A DNA stretch of 64,000 nucleotides from Octopus sinensis (taxonomy: Eukaryota), in the NCBI RefSeq assembly GCF_006345805.1, contig NC_043000.1, positions 55,056,001 through 55,120,000 on the forward strand, given 5' to 3'. The notes under the pieces were generated by a model that saw nothing but the letters and a program-made list of their open reading frames with translations, was not told where the DNA came from and did not search any database. This document shows positions 51,856 to 64,000 of this stretch, one piece after another; the stretch's first letter is position 1; every line of letters starts with the position of its first letter. The position numbers and the translations under genes were made by a program.

Positions 51856-52734
51856 GACACACACCTACACACATTCGAATTACGACTCACAAAAATATAT
51901 GGTTTGTGATATAATGCTTTCTTTGTCTAGACGTTGTTAACAGAGTAGTTATAACTAATCCATATATTTAATGTTTCCATTCTTCGTTTATATAAAACTT
52001 TATTTCTATTTCGTTTTCATAATGTATTATTCATATCTCAGACGAAATGGAAGAAGCGGGATATATCAAAACGTACATATGTTATGATTTAGATAGGAAA
52101 TAAAGTTGGCTCCATAATAACACTATTTAAGTAAATATATTGCCTTGGTGCGTTGTTAATATACAGTTTGCAATTATATCTAAGATTCCACTTAGCATTG
52201 TCTCTCATCTGACCACTAAACATTTTTTCTAAATTTGCGCGTAATTTTCTTTGTAGTTGCTGTTGATATTTATAATAGATTGTAGTAGGAAATTGCAACG
52301 AAGTTTATGTTTATATTGCAGGTCAGGTTGGGAAATTACTTTCGCTGGATGACGATATAGCATTAATAGAGTCTGAACATTGTGACATCTAATTATATTA
52401 AGACATCGCAATGCACATGACACTAATATTGTAAGTTTTGTCTCCTTTTATGATGACTCTAGGACCGCTGCAATCTGGCCACTACCGCCAGGAGAGTTGT
52501 CGCTATAGTAAGTCTTTACTACATAGTTACATCAAGGAAACAGCAGGCTCACTTTATAAAGGAGTCTAAAGTTTTGATTTGCATTGGAGTTGAGTTGTGT
52601 ATGAAAGGGGCAGAAATTGGGATAAATTTTGAAGTGAGCAATATGCAATAGTTTGGGAAATGTTATTCTCAAAGAGGTAAATGTGCATTGAGGAACTGTC
52701 CCGATTATGTTGAAGAGATACAGGTTATTTCATA

Positions 52735-53130
52735 TATTACTTGTTTCAGTCATTAGACAGCAGCCATACTGGGACACAGCCTTGAACTTTTTGCCGAATG
52801 GATCGATCCCAGTATTTATTCTATCGATCTCTTATGCCGAAAGGACACAAACACACCGATACCGGTTGTCAAGCGGTGGTGAGGAACAAACGTAGACACA
52901 AGGATCTATATGTATCTATCTATCTATATATATATATGTGTGTGTGTGTGTCTGTTGTGTGTGTGTATACATGATTCTTTCAGTTTCCGTCTACCAAATC
53001 GAGTCACATGCTTTGGTTGGTCCAAGGCTATAACAGAAGACACTTGCCTAAGGTGCAACGCAGTGGGACTGAACCTGGAACCATGTAGCTGGGAAGCAAA
53101 CTTCTTATCACTTTACTACAGCTGCACCTA
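52735..53130 (-). mobile_element. tRNA-derived CORE SINE, second composite copy
   Basis: Collinear with 50010-50428. Confidence 0.7.
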
Positions 53131-53334
53131 TATATATTTGGTATGACTCCAGCTTAATGCAATAGAATATTCGTTGATGACCTATTATGATTGAGCTTCT
53201 AAATGCACTTGAATCACCTGTTGCATGTCTCTAAGCAAACATAACGCTCATACGTGCGTAAGGACTATAATATACGAGAACTTATGCTGATACTTATTTC
53301 TCCTCTATCTATCTATCTATCTATCTGTCTCTCT

Positions 53335-53406
<72 letters not shown>

Positions 53407-53543
53407 GCATATACATTCGTAAATTCATACCTATATAACGGAAATATGGTTACAAATACAAACATACATACACACTTGCACACGGACTGACACAGACACA
53501 CGCAAACACACACACACATACACAGATAGATAGATAGATAGAT

Positions 53544-53606
<63 letters not shown>

Positions 53607-53609
53607 TGG

Positions 53610-54150
53610 TTTGCAGCTGATCGGTCTCCGCTACCAGCGCTATCTCATCAGGAGAGAATGTATCATCTATTCTGATAAGTGAAGTCGAGAGAGCCCTTAA
53701 GCTGATGAACAGAGTAACAGTACTGGGCAAGGATGTTATAACATCTGAAATGTTGCAGGCCAGCGGTTAACAGTTATGGGAAATCTTTGCTCTACGCTTC
53801 AACTGTTACCTAGATAAAGGGTCAATACACTCCTAACGGAAGGAGTCAAATACGATCCTGCTGTACAAGAAGGGGGATACAGAAGATATTAAGAACTAGC
53901 GTTTCATCTGCCTCCTGTCTCATATTTACAAGTTGTTCGCGAAAATAATCCCTGAACGATTATCTCAACAACGGGATGAGCCATAATCAAGAGAACAGAG
54001 GAGTTCAGAAAGAAGTACAACACTACAGATCATATATTTACTCTAACGCAGTTGCTGGAATAAGCTAGAGAGTACCGTTTGCCTCTGCGCGTTGCGTTTA
54101 TTGATTAAGAGAAAGCTTTTCGCAGCATTACTGCAAGCTCTCAGGAAAAA
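53610..54150 (+). pseudogene. RTE-like LINE reverse transcriptase N-terminal fragment
   Basis: EVERALKLM..GKDVITSEML..ILLYKKGDTEDIKN*RFICLLSHIYKLFAKII..TTDHIFTL..AFID*EKAF. Confidence 0.8.
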
Positions 54151-54429
54151 ACGTATGACGACGCAGATTTCTTCTCATAAGCTACATTGAAATGGTAACC
54201 ACAATACACATTATAGCTTCTGCTATATTTAGATTGTTTAATCGCATTCACTATTGGTAAGAGAAATATTGTCTTTATATTTGTATTTTAATTTCCCCGA
54301 AATGCATATGTTTTAGTAACATCTTATAATGGGGAATGCTTTCAATACGACAGCTAAAACTCAGAGTAGATTTTGGATATACTCCACTTGCATTACATGT
54401 CCTGATATTATTATATAATCGAACTTCCT

Positions 54430-54509
54430 GCCGATAATGATAATGATGGTGGTGGTGGTTGTGGTGGTTGTGGTGTTGGTGGTTGTGGTGGTGGCGACGG
54501 TGACGGCGG

Positions 54510-54564
<55 letters not shown>

Positions 54565-54608
54565 GGCGGTGGCGGCGGCGGCGGCGGCGGCGGCGCGGCG
54601 GCGGTGGC

Positions 54609-54655
<47 letters not shown>

Positions 54656-54725
54656 CGCGGCGGGCGGCGGCGGTGGCGGTGGCGGCGGCGGCGGGACAAC
54701 AACAATAGCTGACGATGACGACGAC
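54430..54725. repeat. In-phase triplet array GAT>GGT>(GGC)n>GAC/AAC
   Basis: About 190 bp of nearly pure GGC/GGT. Confidence 0.95.
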
Positions 54726-57502
54726 GAGATTCATGATTATAATGAAATTTTATGAAAAACAACTGTTATTTTGACACTATATTCTGACTTATGATTTATG
54801 GAACAGCTGTGCCATATAGAATATTCGAGTTTAGAGCTATGAAAGTACTGTTTGAGTTTCAAGTTACTTTCTCTATCTGAGAATTTTCCTTCATTTCTAT
54901 TCCAAATATATCAAATAAAACCTTGGAAGTTATCAGCACTTTACATCAGAAAATAATTTGCAAGAAAATTTAGAGGTGACTTATATATAATTTGTTTATT
55001 GGTGTACGCGTGGAGTGAAACGACTTCGAAATATTTTTCAAATAAAATAAAATTATATGCTTCGTTACTTTTTTGTTAACATTCCATCTTTTGTTTTTAA
55101 TATGCCAGCACTTTTGTTTATATACCTGTATAATCTGCCTCAAATGAATAAAGCTATTTATAAAGAATAAACACGTAGCTTGTTGCCACACATTCTCGTG
55201 GGGTTATATAAATTCTCTTTTGTTTATCAACTGATATTGTGAAATTGATCTGGCAATGCAAGCTGCTGTAAACGCCATTCTATTATTATATATACGTCGT
55301 TATGGCAAATGAAGAAAACACCATTTTAGATAAAAGTAAATAAATGGAAACAAAGCAATAATACATAGTCGAAAAACGAGTCTTCATTGGTATATAATAT
55401 ACTTTAAGTCTCTTAAACATATATATCATAATAGTAGTTTATTTGACATCTCTTTTTCATCTTGATTGCATACATAGTGTATAATCGGCATTGTCTTGGA
55501 ACTTTCATTAAAGAAGCAAAGCAAGAATTAACACAGTTAATGATCTCACATTAACAATTGTTGCAGAATAATCTAATCACAATTATTACATCCACATGAT
55601 CAAATACATTAACACACGCGACGTGATATGATAATTATATATAGATATGGGTGAGATATGCATAATGTCTTCGTGTGTACAAGCGACTGTATTCGCTTAA
55701 ATACCATATTCACATATACACGCATCCGTACCCCCAAAGAATTATATTTGTAATTATTGATATATCTCAACGAATAGTTTTATTTATGTTACTTAGATCT
55801 ATAGATATTCTTCGAAAAGGAAAATTCTCTGCAATAATTTCCACTTGACTAACTTTATACTAACCCCTGTATTTCGTACTTGATTTATAATTCTTTGGAT
55901 TCTGTATCTAATTAAGCAGAAAGGCAAGCACATATAGTAATATTTGCATTGTGTGGTGATGTGAGGCTAACTCATAAATGAGCTGCGTGTGTTATGTCGA
56001 TGTTCTCTTAGTAAATATATGAAATACAGTTTCAATTTATATTCTTTAATCTAGGTATGTTTGGAATCATCGTACTGAAATAATGTTTATTAATGTTCCT
56101 TATATTTGTCTTACTCTAGGAATAGTACAATGGAAATAACATAACCGAATTATATATCTTTCAAACATATTGCATTTTGAAACCTATTTTGGCACATTTA
56201 CCAACACACGTAAGAAGTTTACAAATAACTGGTGGAGTTTCTCCGTGTCTCTCCAACTTATCAGCCAAGTCTTCCTCTAATTCCAAATGATTGTCGTACA
56301 AAGTAAATATATATTATAAATAAATATATATTCAGTAATTTAACTCCTGAAACACTATGTCAGAATCAAAGAGGAAATAGAGATTTCTGCAAAAAGGGTG
56401 ATAATATACCTACTTAATTAAGGTTAACCTTGGATTAAGCATTAAACCCATTGTCACTGAACATATGTCCAATTGATTGAGCCTTACATGAACCTAAACA
56501 TCCGCAATATATTTACTCATTGGCTAATACAATAACTTGATCAGCAACAACTATGTCTTTGTGTATTAGTTGAGTGGAGTTTCCCATCTAAGCAACAGTA
56601 TGATGCTTTTTAACTACCAGTGAGAAGCTCTCAAATGGTAGGTCGATCAAGGCTGATTGGATGCCAAAGAATTTAGTAATAAGTTTACTGAATCAAGATT
56701 GATTTGGAGATATACAACTATGTCTTTGATAATGGCTCTCATCGAGTCACGTTTATCTTCGTCTAAATGAAAGCAACCGTGCATTCGATTAGGTCTGCTT
56801 GATTTGAGTTGACCTAGGGTTAAAGAACTGTGCCAACATAATTGATAATAGGTTGTTCCATCAGGGTCGATTTTGAGATGAAAAAAAAATCACATTTGGT
56901 TTTAAATGTATAATAAATTTTATTTGAAAGCAAATATTGGAAAACTGTTTGCTAACTGTCGAACAATTGTTTGGTGGTATCTTATAACAGTTATTTAATA
57001 AATGTTAATCAAAGCTGAGCTGTAATACGAAATATTTCTACTTCGCAAAATGCTATTTTGTACTCGCTTTTTCAATTGACTGTGTATTATCGTTTCAAAT
57101 ACATGGAATTTCAGGCTTAATTGCGTTATCTATAACTTGATTTCATTAGCGTTAACTCAATTTTCCATTCATATGAGCGCTTGGACATAAAGGAGAAACT
57201 GATTCACGGAAGATATATTTCTCAGCAACAACAAAACGTTTCTGCACAGCTATAAATATTAAATGGCAATGTTAAATTGTTTGATGTGATTAAACACTAA
57301 TAAAATTTATATTGGATAAAGTACAACGCTGACTTTCTTTAGTTTTGGTCTTCATTTTTATCGAGTGATTGTCAGAACATTAGATGAACAGCTAAGGAAT
57401 CATTTGCACGTTAATAAAATTGGATAGGTCCATTTAAAGAGACTTCAATTGATAAAAGACAACGCAGACCCCTTTTAAGTAGTATAGGCGTTTTATTACA
57501 GA

Positions 57503-57545
57503 GCTGCTGCTGCTGCTACTACTACTACTACTACTACTACTACTG

Positions 57546-57588
<43 letters not shown>

Positions 57589-57608
57589 AACAACTACTAC
57601 TACTACTG
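57503..57608. repeat. (GCT)/(ACT)n triplet microsatellite
   Basis: Direct inspection. Confidence 0.95.
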
Positions 57609-57950
57609 CGGTTTATTAAACCAAACGCAGTAAAAAAAGTTGACTTCATACAAAATAAAATCATTAGCGCTGCTGCTTTGGTGTTTTTGAACAAATCAAG
57701 ATCGTAAACATATTCTAACAAATTGTCGTCCTCGTTTTAAGTAGCAGATTCCGGAATGCATATACTTTCCGCTTAATGATCGGATAATTCTTGGTTCAAT
57801 TTTCTCACGAAAAGAATATAATTCCATTTTTAACTGTCATTGTTTCTGTATTGCTACAAAATATACTGATATAAACAAAATAAACAGCGTGGCCTACTGT
57901 AACCTACCGGCAAGATTTCTGTTTCTTCCTAACACATTTACAGTTAAACT

Positions 57951-58021
<71 letters not shown>

Positions 58022-58075
58022 TTGTGTGTGTGTGTGTGTTTGTGTGCATGTGTCTGTATGTATATATATATATAT

Positions 58076-58286
58076 AACGGGAAGGTTTACGAAAATAAAC
58101 AAAAGACGAAGGCAGTTGGAGTACAAACAAGCGGATGTATTAGTATGGCGCTCAGGAATAGAAATAGAACAAGTCTTTTACGTTTCGAGCCTACGCTCTT
58201 CGACAGAAAGATATACAGAAAAGAAACAAGGAGAGAAACAAGGAGAGAATAAAATGCGTGCAGGAGCTAACGGTCCATCATGGCGT

Positions 58287-58287
<1 letters not shown>
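58076..58287 (-). mobile_element. Solo pLTR-like element, HHR family 2, copy 4
   Basis: Closely matches 2442-2645; (TA)n on both sides. Confidence 0.75.
58174..58211 (-). ncRNA. Minimal type I hammerhead-like motif with variant core CUGUCGA
   Basis: Reverse complement: UCUUU-CUGUCGA-A-GAG(cguagg)CUC-GAA-ACGU-A-AAAGA. Confidence 0.65.
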
Positions 58288-58345
<58 letters not shown>

Positions 58346-59746
58346 ATATAAGGATAAGCATATTAAAAGGGCCCGTGGGAAGACTCATTTAAATAAAGGG
58401 GGTCCTTGGGAGTGACAAGTGCAGAAAAGTGAAATCCATAACGCCAGAATTCCCAACAACATTCTACACGGCAAATAGCCAGGAACATCTACGTATACAG
58501 TGTACAGAAATGGTGTCATCTGTGTGATGCGGATGCCTGGGCGTGCTCACCAGACCTGTGAGGATTAACAAAACAACCAGAAATGATCAGGAAGAGCGGT
58601 TTAAAAACCGATATCTTACTCCATTCCAGTTTCTTGAAATCACCTGATTTTGATCGAACTCGTATTGCATTTTGAAAGTAGAATAAAATAATAGCACACG
58701 TTTTCAAAGCCAAAGGTTAGAACCAAAGGCTCTGTGTGTAATTTTACTTATGATTTTACGGGACAACTCTCAGTCTCTGCGAAGAACAGGAACAAAGCCC
58801 TAAAAGTAATATCGGAAACAGTGGAGAGGTGTTCCAAACAGATTTGGTCGAGGAGGAACAAAAATAAATTCCATATCGCTTCAGGACAATATTTATGTAT
58901 TTTAACGCTAAGGGAAGTAACTTTGAGTGAGTTATTATCATAGCGTTGACGTTTCGTCGATACCATGATGACCAATGTCCTTTAAATATTTAAACATAAG
59001 CTTGAAAGCTGAGTCACCGCAGAGAAGTTCCAACTAGATGAAATCTCTAAACCGTTTAAATACACCGGTTTCCGATATCCAAGTGGCTAAACAGTGTAAG
59101 TAGAAGGACATCAGAGTGTTATGACCTGGATGTGATCCGGCTCCTTTATAGTGTTTGAAGAGTTACAGGGCGTAAAACTTGCCTGAAGTGAGTTTCTTCA
59201 CTGAAGACCTTCAGCTGCTCAGCCCTCTTGAGAGTTTCTTACCTCTGTGTACGTGTGTGTATGTGTATGTGTCTGTGTACGTGTGTGTTGGAGTGTTACT
59301 CTTCATATGAAATACAACTTTGGAATTATACTTTTGCTGCCACAGGTAAAATCAGAAATAATGGCATTTATGTAATAATTATATGGTTTTATCAAGTTTC
59401 TAAATCTAATTACTCAATTATGAAATACATGCTAACTACCAAAAAGAAAATACTTATTACCTTGCAACAATATATATTACAACAAAATATTTGTATAACT
59501 CTACCCATACTTAGTCTGTCACCTACTCCAACTCCTTCTCTTTCACTGTCTTTAGGAATCTATCTCTTACGTAAGGATATATGTGTATAGATTCACTCTA
59601 CCCCTTACTTACCACTTAATCTCGTATGTACAAATATCCTGCACTTCAAGTTAACTTTCCTAGTATTTTTTACTTGCACTCCTCCTTCAACTAATATTTA
59701 TCTCGGCAATTATGTATTTACATGTATATGTGAAAGTGTTTGTATG

Positions 59747-59786
<40 letters not shown>

Positions 59787-62700
59787 AACATTTATACGTG
59801 AGTGTACTGGCGTGAATTGTTGTGTGTGTGTGTTTGAGTGTGTGTGAAAGAGGATATCTGAACAAACGTTCAGTCATTTGAATACATGTTATGTTGTAAT
59901 AAATATTATTACACCAGTCAGACAATACCCAGATGTAGCCTCGTAATCTCCAATGACATTATGGAGGCGGCCTTCTTGATAATATTTAGCTTCACATTAT
60001 TTCTTTTGTATATACTTTTGCTTCCAATTTTACTTATGTAACATCGTATCTCTTATCTCCTAACTTAGTCAAAATACATTGATTTAATTCAAAGAATTAT
60101 CCGCTTTTCTTCCACGTATTTTTCTTGTATTATTCCTATCTCAAGTACTTAAACTATAACGAGGAATCTATTTATGAAGCATATCACTCCAGTACGATGA
60201 CGGGTTGTTTAATTTTAACCGATGCTCTTAAGAAACGCCATACCAACAGGTACTACTTGTAATGTATAGCAGAAACGTTGTGAAATAATTTCATTTTAGC
60301 CGTTATCAGCCGTTAAAACCTGAAAGATTTTTCTGTATATTGAAGCATTCTACTCTATTTTGTCTTCTATTTTCTAGTATTACGTCGGCTTAGTACAAAC
60401 ACTGTTGATTCTCATGGAGAAATCCACTGTTTTGGATTAATTGCAAACGGAGATGTACGTATACATTCTAATGTCTTGTTAAAACCAAACTTAACGTGGT
60501 AACCACTTAATGATTATAACCAACTCAATCAGTTTGACTATGAATTTCTCAAAGATCTAAGCAAGACTCAAGTTTTTGTTTTGTTTTTGTTTTTTTTGTT
60601 TTTTATTTTTATAATTCGAACTATAATTAAACACACGTTTAATGCAGGTATATGCTTAGCAATGTAAAGAATTCAAGGAAATATGTAATAAAACCAAATA
60701 CACGAATGCAATGCATTATCTGCTTTATATTTAAATGTTGTTCCTTTACTTGCAAACATGTGCCAGTAGACTTGATTAAAGTAGAATAATTCTTTTGAAT
60801 TTCAGCAAATTGTGAACCCTATAGAAAATACGAAGACCCATTTTGGTCCATATGGCTAAGTGAATTTTCAAATGAGTATTAATGTAGTATACAAGCAGGG
60901 ATGTAATTTTGAATACAACTTAACAGAGGCATTATGTTCTAGCTTTACGTAATCATTCGTGAAGATATATTTCCAGATTGAATATCACAGAGATAATTAA
61001 AGAAATTCAACTTTTACAATATAGATATGAGAATATGTATATGTACCGGATATATTTCCCAGAAAGCATGGCGCGTGATGCTTTTGATTTCTTGACGGGA
61101 TTACTAAATTAAGACTATTAATAATATCCGAGAATCCTATATAGTATAGAATACTATACAATAGTATATTTATATAGGTTCTCATTCCATAATTTCCTCA
61201 TCACAAATTAATTTTTCTATTGAGAGTGGTTTGTTTTCATTAACTAGTAAATCACGATATTGTAAACATAATCCAAATCATTCTAATCGTGTCCATCACA
61301 TCTTCTTGCTTGACACAGTATATCTAGAACTATATTAAATATTAGTCAGTGTGTTTTCTGTTTTAATACGTGAGGGTAGGATCTGAAACATATTTAGGAT
61401 CTATTGTTAACAGTATTAACAACAACATTAAAATCGTCATCGTTGGATTAAATCATGATGAGGAGTAGTGTAAAAAATATTTATTTCTACGATAAAATAA
61501 CTGAATCAACAGAAATGTTATTGAAACAAGGATATATAATACGTATATGTTTACAACGTGTTGTTACAATGGTACCTAAAAATTATATAACATGCAAGCT
61601 GAAAAGTCTGGGTTGATGCACAATAAACGCTGGTTGAGAAACAGACCAAACTAAACGTGAACAGGCTGAGCGTGTGACAGCAGGGGACGGACTAAAAATT
61701 AAAAATTTACAAAATACCAATTTGTATGTGTAAGAAACGTCAGACTAACCAGACTAATGTTCGTATTCCGTTTCTGGTTTGCAGAAGTTTCAATAAATTT
61801 ATGTTTCAGCGCTTTAAATTCACCAAAAATTGTATCCATCATAAATGGAATTCTTATTGCTTATAGCATATTGAAGTTAATATCAAAACATCTCGTTGCA
61901 ATTGCGAATCGTTATTAATATATTAAACAATATTCGATCGTAAAAGACGTAATCAGTAAAACTAATATAAAGGATAGACAAGGAGATCTTTAATGTCTGC
62001 AAATATATTAATGGCAGACTCATGAACTGTAATGGGTATCTATAAACATATAAATATAAGTTGATGCATAGTGGAGCAAATGATGTAAGCACATAAAAAA
62101 ATATCATTAGATATATAATACCCGTTACATTTGTGATAAGTTCAGTCACTGAAATGCTGCGCGAAAACCACCGAAAAAGATTTTAGTAAAATGTATGGAC
62201 CCAGTACGTAGACCTGTTTTGTATTTATTGATCTTTGTTAATTGAAGTTTTTGATAACATTTTTTAAAAACTGCATCTTTTGCAATGTGCTTTTAACAAT
62301 TTATACAAATTCACGAACATGATGAGCTTGCTCTCAGATTCTGCCTACTAATTTTCACTCAAAAGGCATTGCAAATATCATAACTCTGACAGATGTAATA
62401 CCACGTGCATGAGTAGGACCGAACAAGAAACGACACTTACAAAGTAAGTCTTTACCACATAATCATGTCCGAACTCGTAAGTATAAAATTTTATTGTATA
62501 TCATATAAGTGTTTATTAAACATATTTGTAGTAGCAATTTATAAATTACAAAACATGTCGAATGGAATGAAATAGAAATCAAAGGATATATTTTCGTAAC
62601 ATATCCACAAATGCTGCTTTGGTTTGCTTGTCAAGTACATTTATAAGAAATTGTATAAAAATTAGAGTTTAACATCACTTGCTGTCCACCGTTATGTGAG

Positions 62701-63190
62701 TTGCTCATATTAGTGTCACGAATTATGATTAAATATCAAATATATATGTGATTTAATATGTCTATAGTTATTAGGAATTGTGAAGCTAATATATCTACAC
62801 GATAAAGCGCTTACTAATTTTACTTATTTTGGTGCAATTTATACGAAGATATTAGAAGAAATTGGCCTACAGATAGATTTAATGGCATATTAAATAAAAT
62901 TATCCACTAGAATTATAACTAATAACCATTATTATGTTCTAGTAACTGCCCTAAATTACGTTCATTAAGTTAAAGATAATCAAGTTTTCATAAATGTGGA
63001 ATACATTTAAAGAAATATTTCAATGCAAGGAAAATATAAATCAGAAAATTAATTTATATGATTACTGTTATCTCATTCATCCGACAGTTTGTTTCAGTGC
63101 TCTTGGGATGTATACGTAAATGTCGAACGATGAAAAAAATGAATGCTCAACACCGCACTGGTGCATATAATTTTTTTATTTGTGAATTAA

Positions 63191-63328
63191 GGCCACCGTT
63201 GGTTTCATGTTAAGAAAAGTAGGAAAATATCCCATGTCCTTAACGGATTTTCAAGCCGATCACATGGAGAAAGGCGAACACCTTCCTATATGCGATCGTC
63301 TTTCTTAACATGAAAACCTTTGGTAGCC
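63191..63328. mobile_element. 138-bp MITE with TTAA TSD and GG..CC termini (Kolobok-like)
   Basis: ttaa|GGCCACCGTTGGTTTCATGTTAAGAAA ... TTTCTTAACATGAAAACCTTTGGTAGCC|ttaa. Confidence 0.7.
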
Positions 63329-63464
63329 TTAATTTACAAATAAAGATATATATAGTTGAAATTTATAGAAAAACAAAAGACGAAGACAGGTGTATGAATA
63401 ACAAGCAAGTGTCCATAGACATATGCATGTATATATATACACACACACACGCACACACATTTAC

Positions 63465-63543
<79 letters not shown>

Positions 63544-64000
63544 CATGTATACATGGATATACGCAATATACATGCATACATACATTTAATGTCTTGAGAT
63601 ATTTAAGCAAGTTCAGAAACTGATGGCTCTAAGAATACATCTTAATCGACGCGTTGTTAAATTATCACGTAAAAGTTGGAAATAAGGTTGAGATTACATA
63701 GAATATGTAACCCGCAAATTCTGGATTAATTGACTTTGTTAACATTCTGAATATTTATTTGACACTAAGGACCCAAATCTCAGAATCTTAATACTTAATT
63801 ATTCTGTACGTAATCCTATTTATATAATCATATACCTTTATGCTTTAATTTCATAAACGCGAGGGAGAAATGAAATATGTATCTCAAACTGTGACAAGCA
63901 ATTATTAAGTAACGATTGATATTATTGTTATCACCTACAATAATGTTCTTGGTTAGATTGAGCAGGGCATGATATAACCTTTAACAATATAAATGCAATG

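Noticed and set aside
56205-56300. Open minus-strand frame YDNHLELEEDLADKLERHGETPP with a GTAAAT donor
   Set aside because: No clear acceptor and no recognised homology.
267-63623. Most ORF-track entries (YI/HT/CV dipeptide, poly-I/N/L/S/A/P ORFs)
   Set aside because: They are translations of (TA)n, (CA)n and triplet microsatellites, with no coding signal.

Overview
This is AT-rich, microsatellite-dense animal DNA with no host protein-coding gene or genuine tRNA/rRNA gene that I can support. The repeat families suggest a cephalopod, probably Octopus; that is inferred from recalled repeat families, not from a search. Most ORF-track entries are translations of (TA)n, (CA)n or triplet repeats. 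Real content is transposon-derived: several Penelope-like elements (PLEs; RT and GIY-YIG fragments), a nearly intact Tc1 (DD34E, IR/DR ends, one in-frame stop), maT and mariner relics, R4/Dong and RTE LINE fragments, tRNA-derived SINEs (including TSD-bounded trimers) and MITEs. The most interesting signal is a set of small hammerhead-ribozyme (HHR) motifs tied to PLE ends. (1) A tRNA-Ser-like Pol III head joined to an HHR, found both as the PLE terminal repeat and as a solo ~330-bp element. (2) A four-copy family with a non-canonical CUGUNGA core. (3) A degraded motif whose three hammerhead strands appear in a non-circularly permuted, pseudoknotted order. All ribozyme calls come from manual pairing; none is tested. 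Most element boundaries are approximate.
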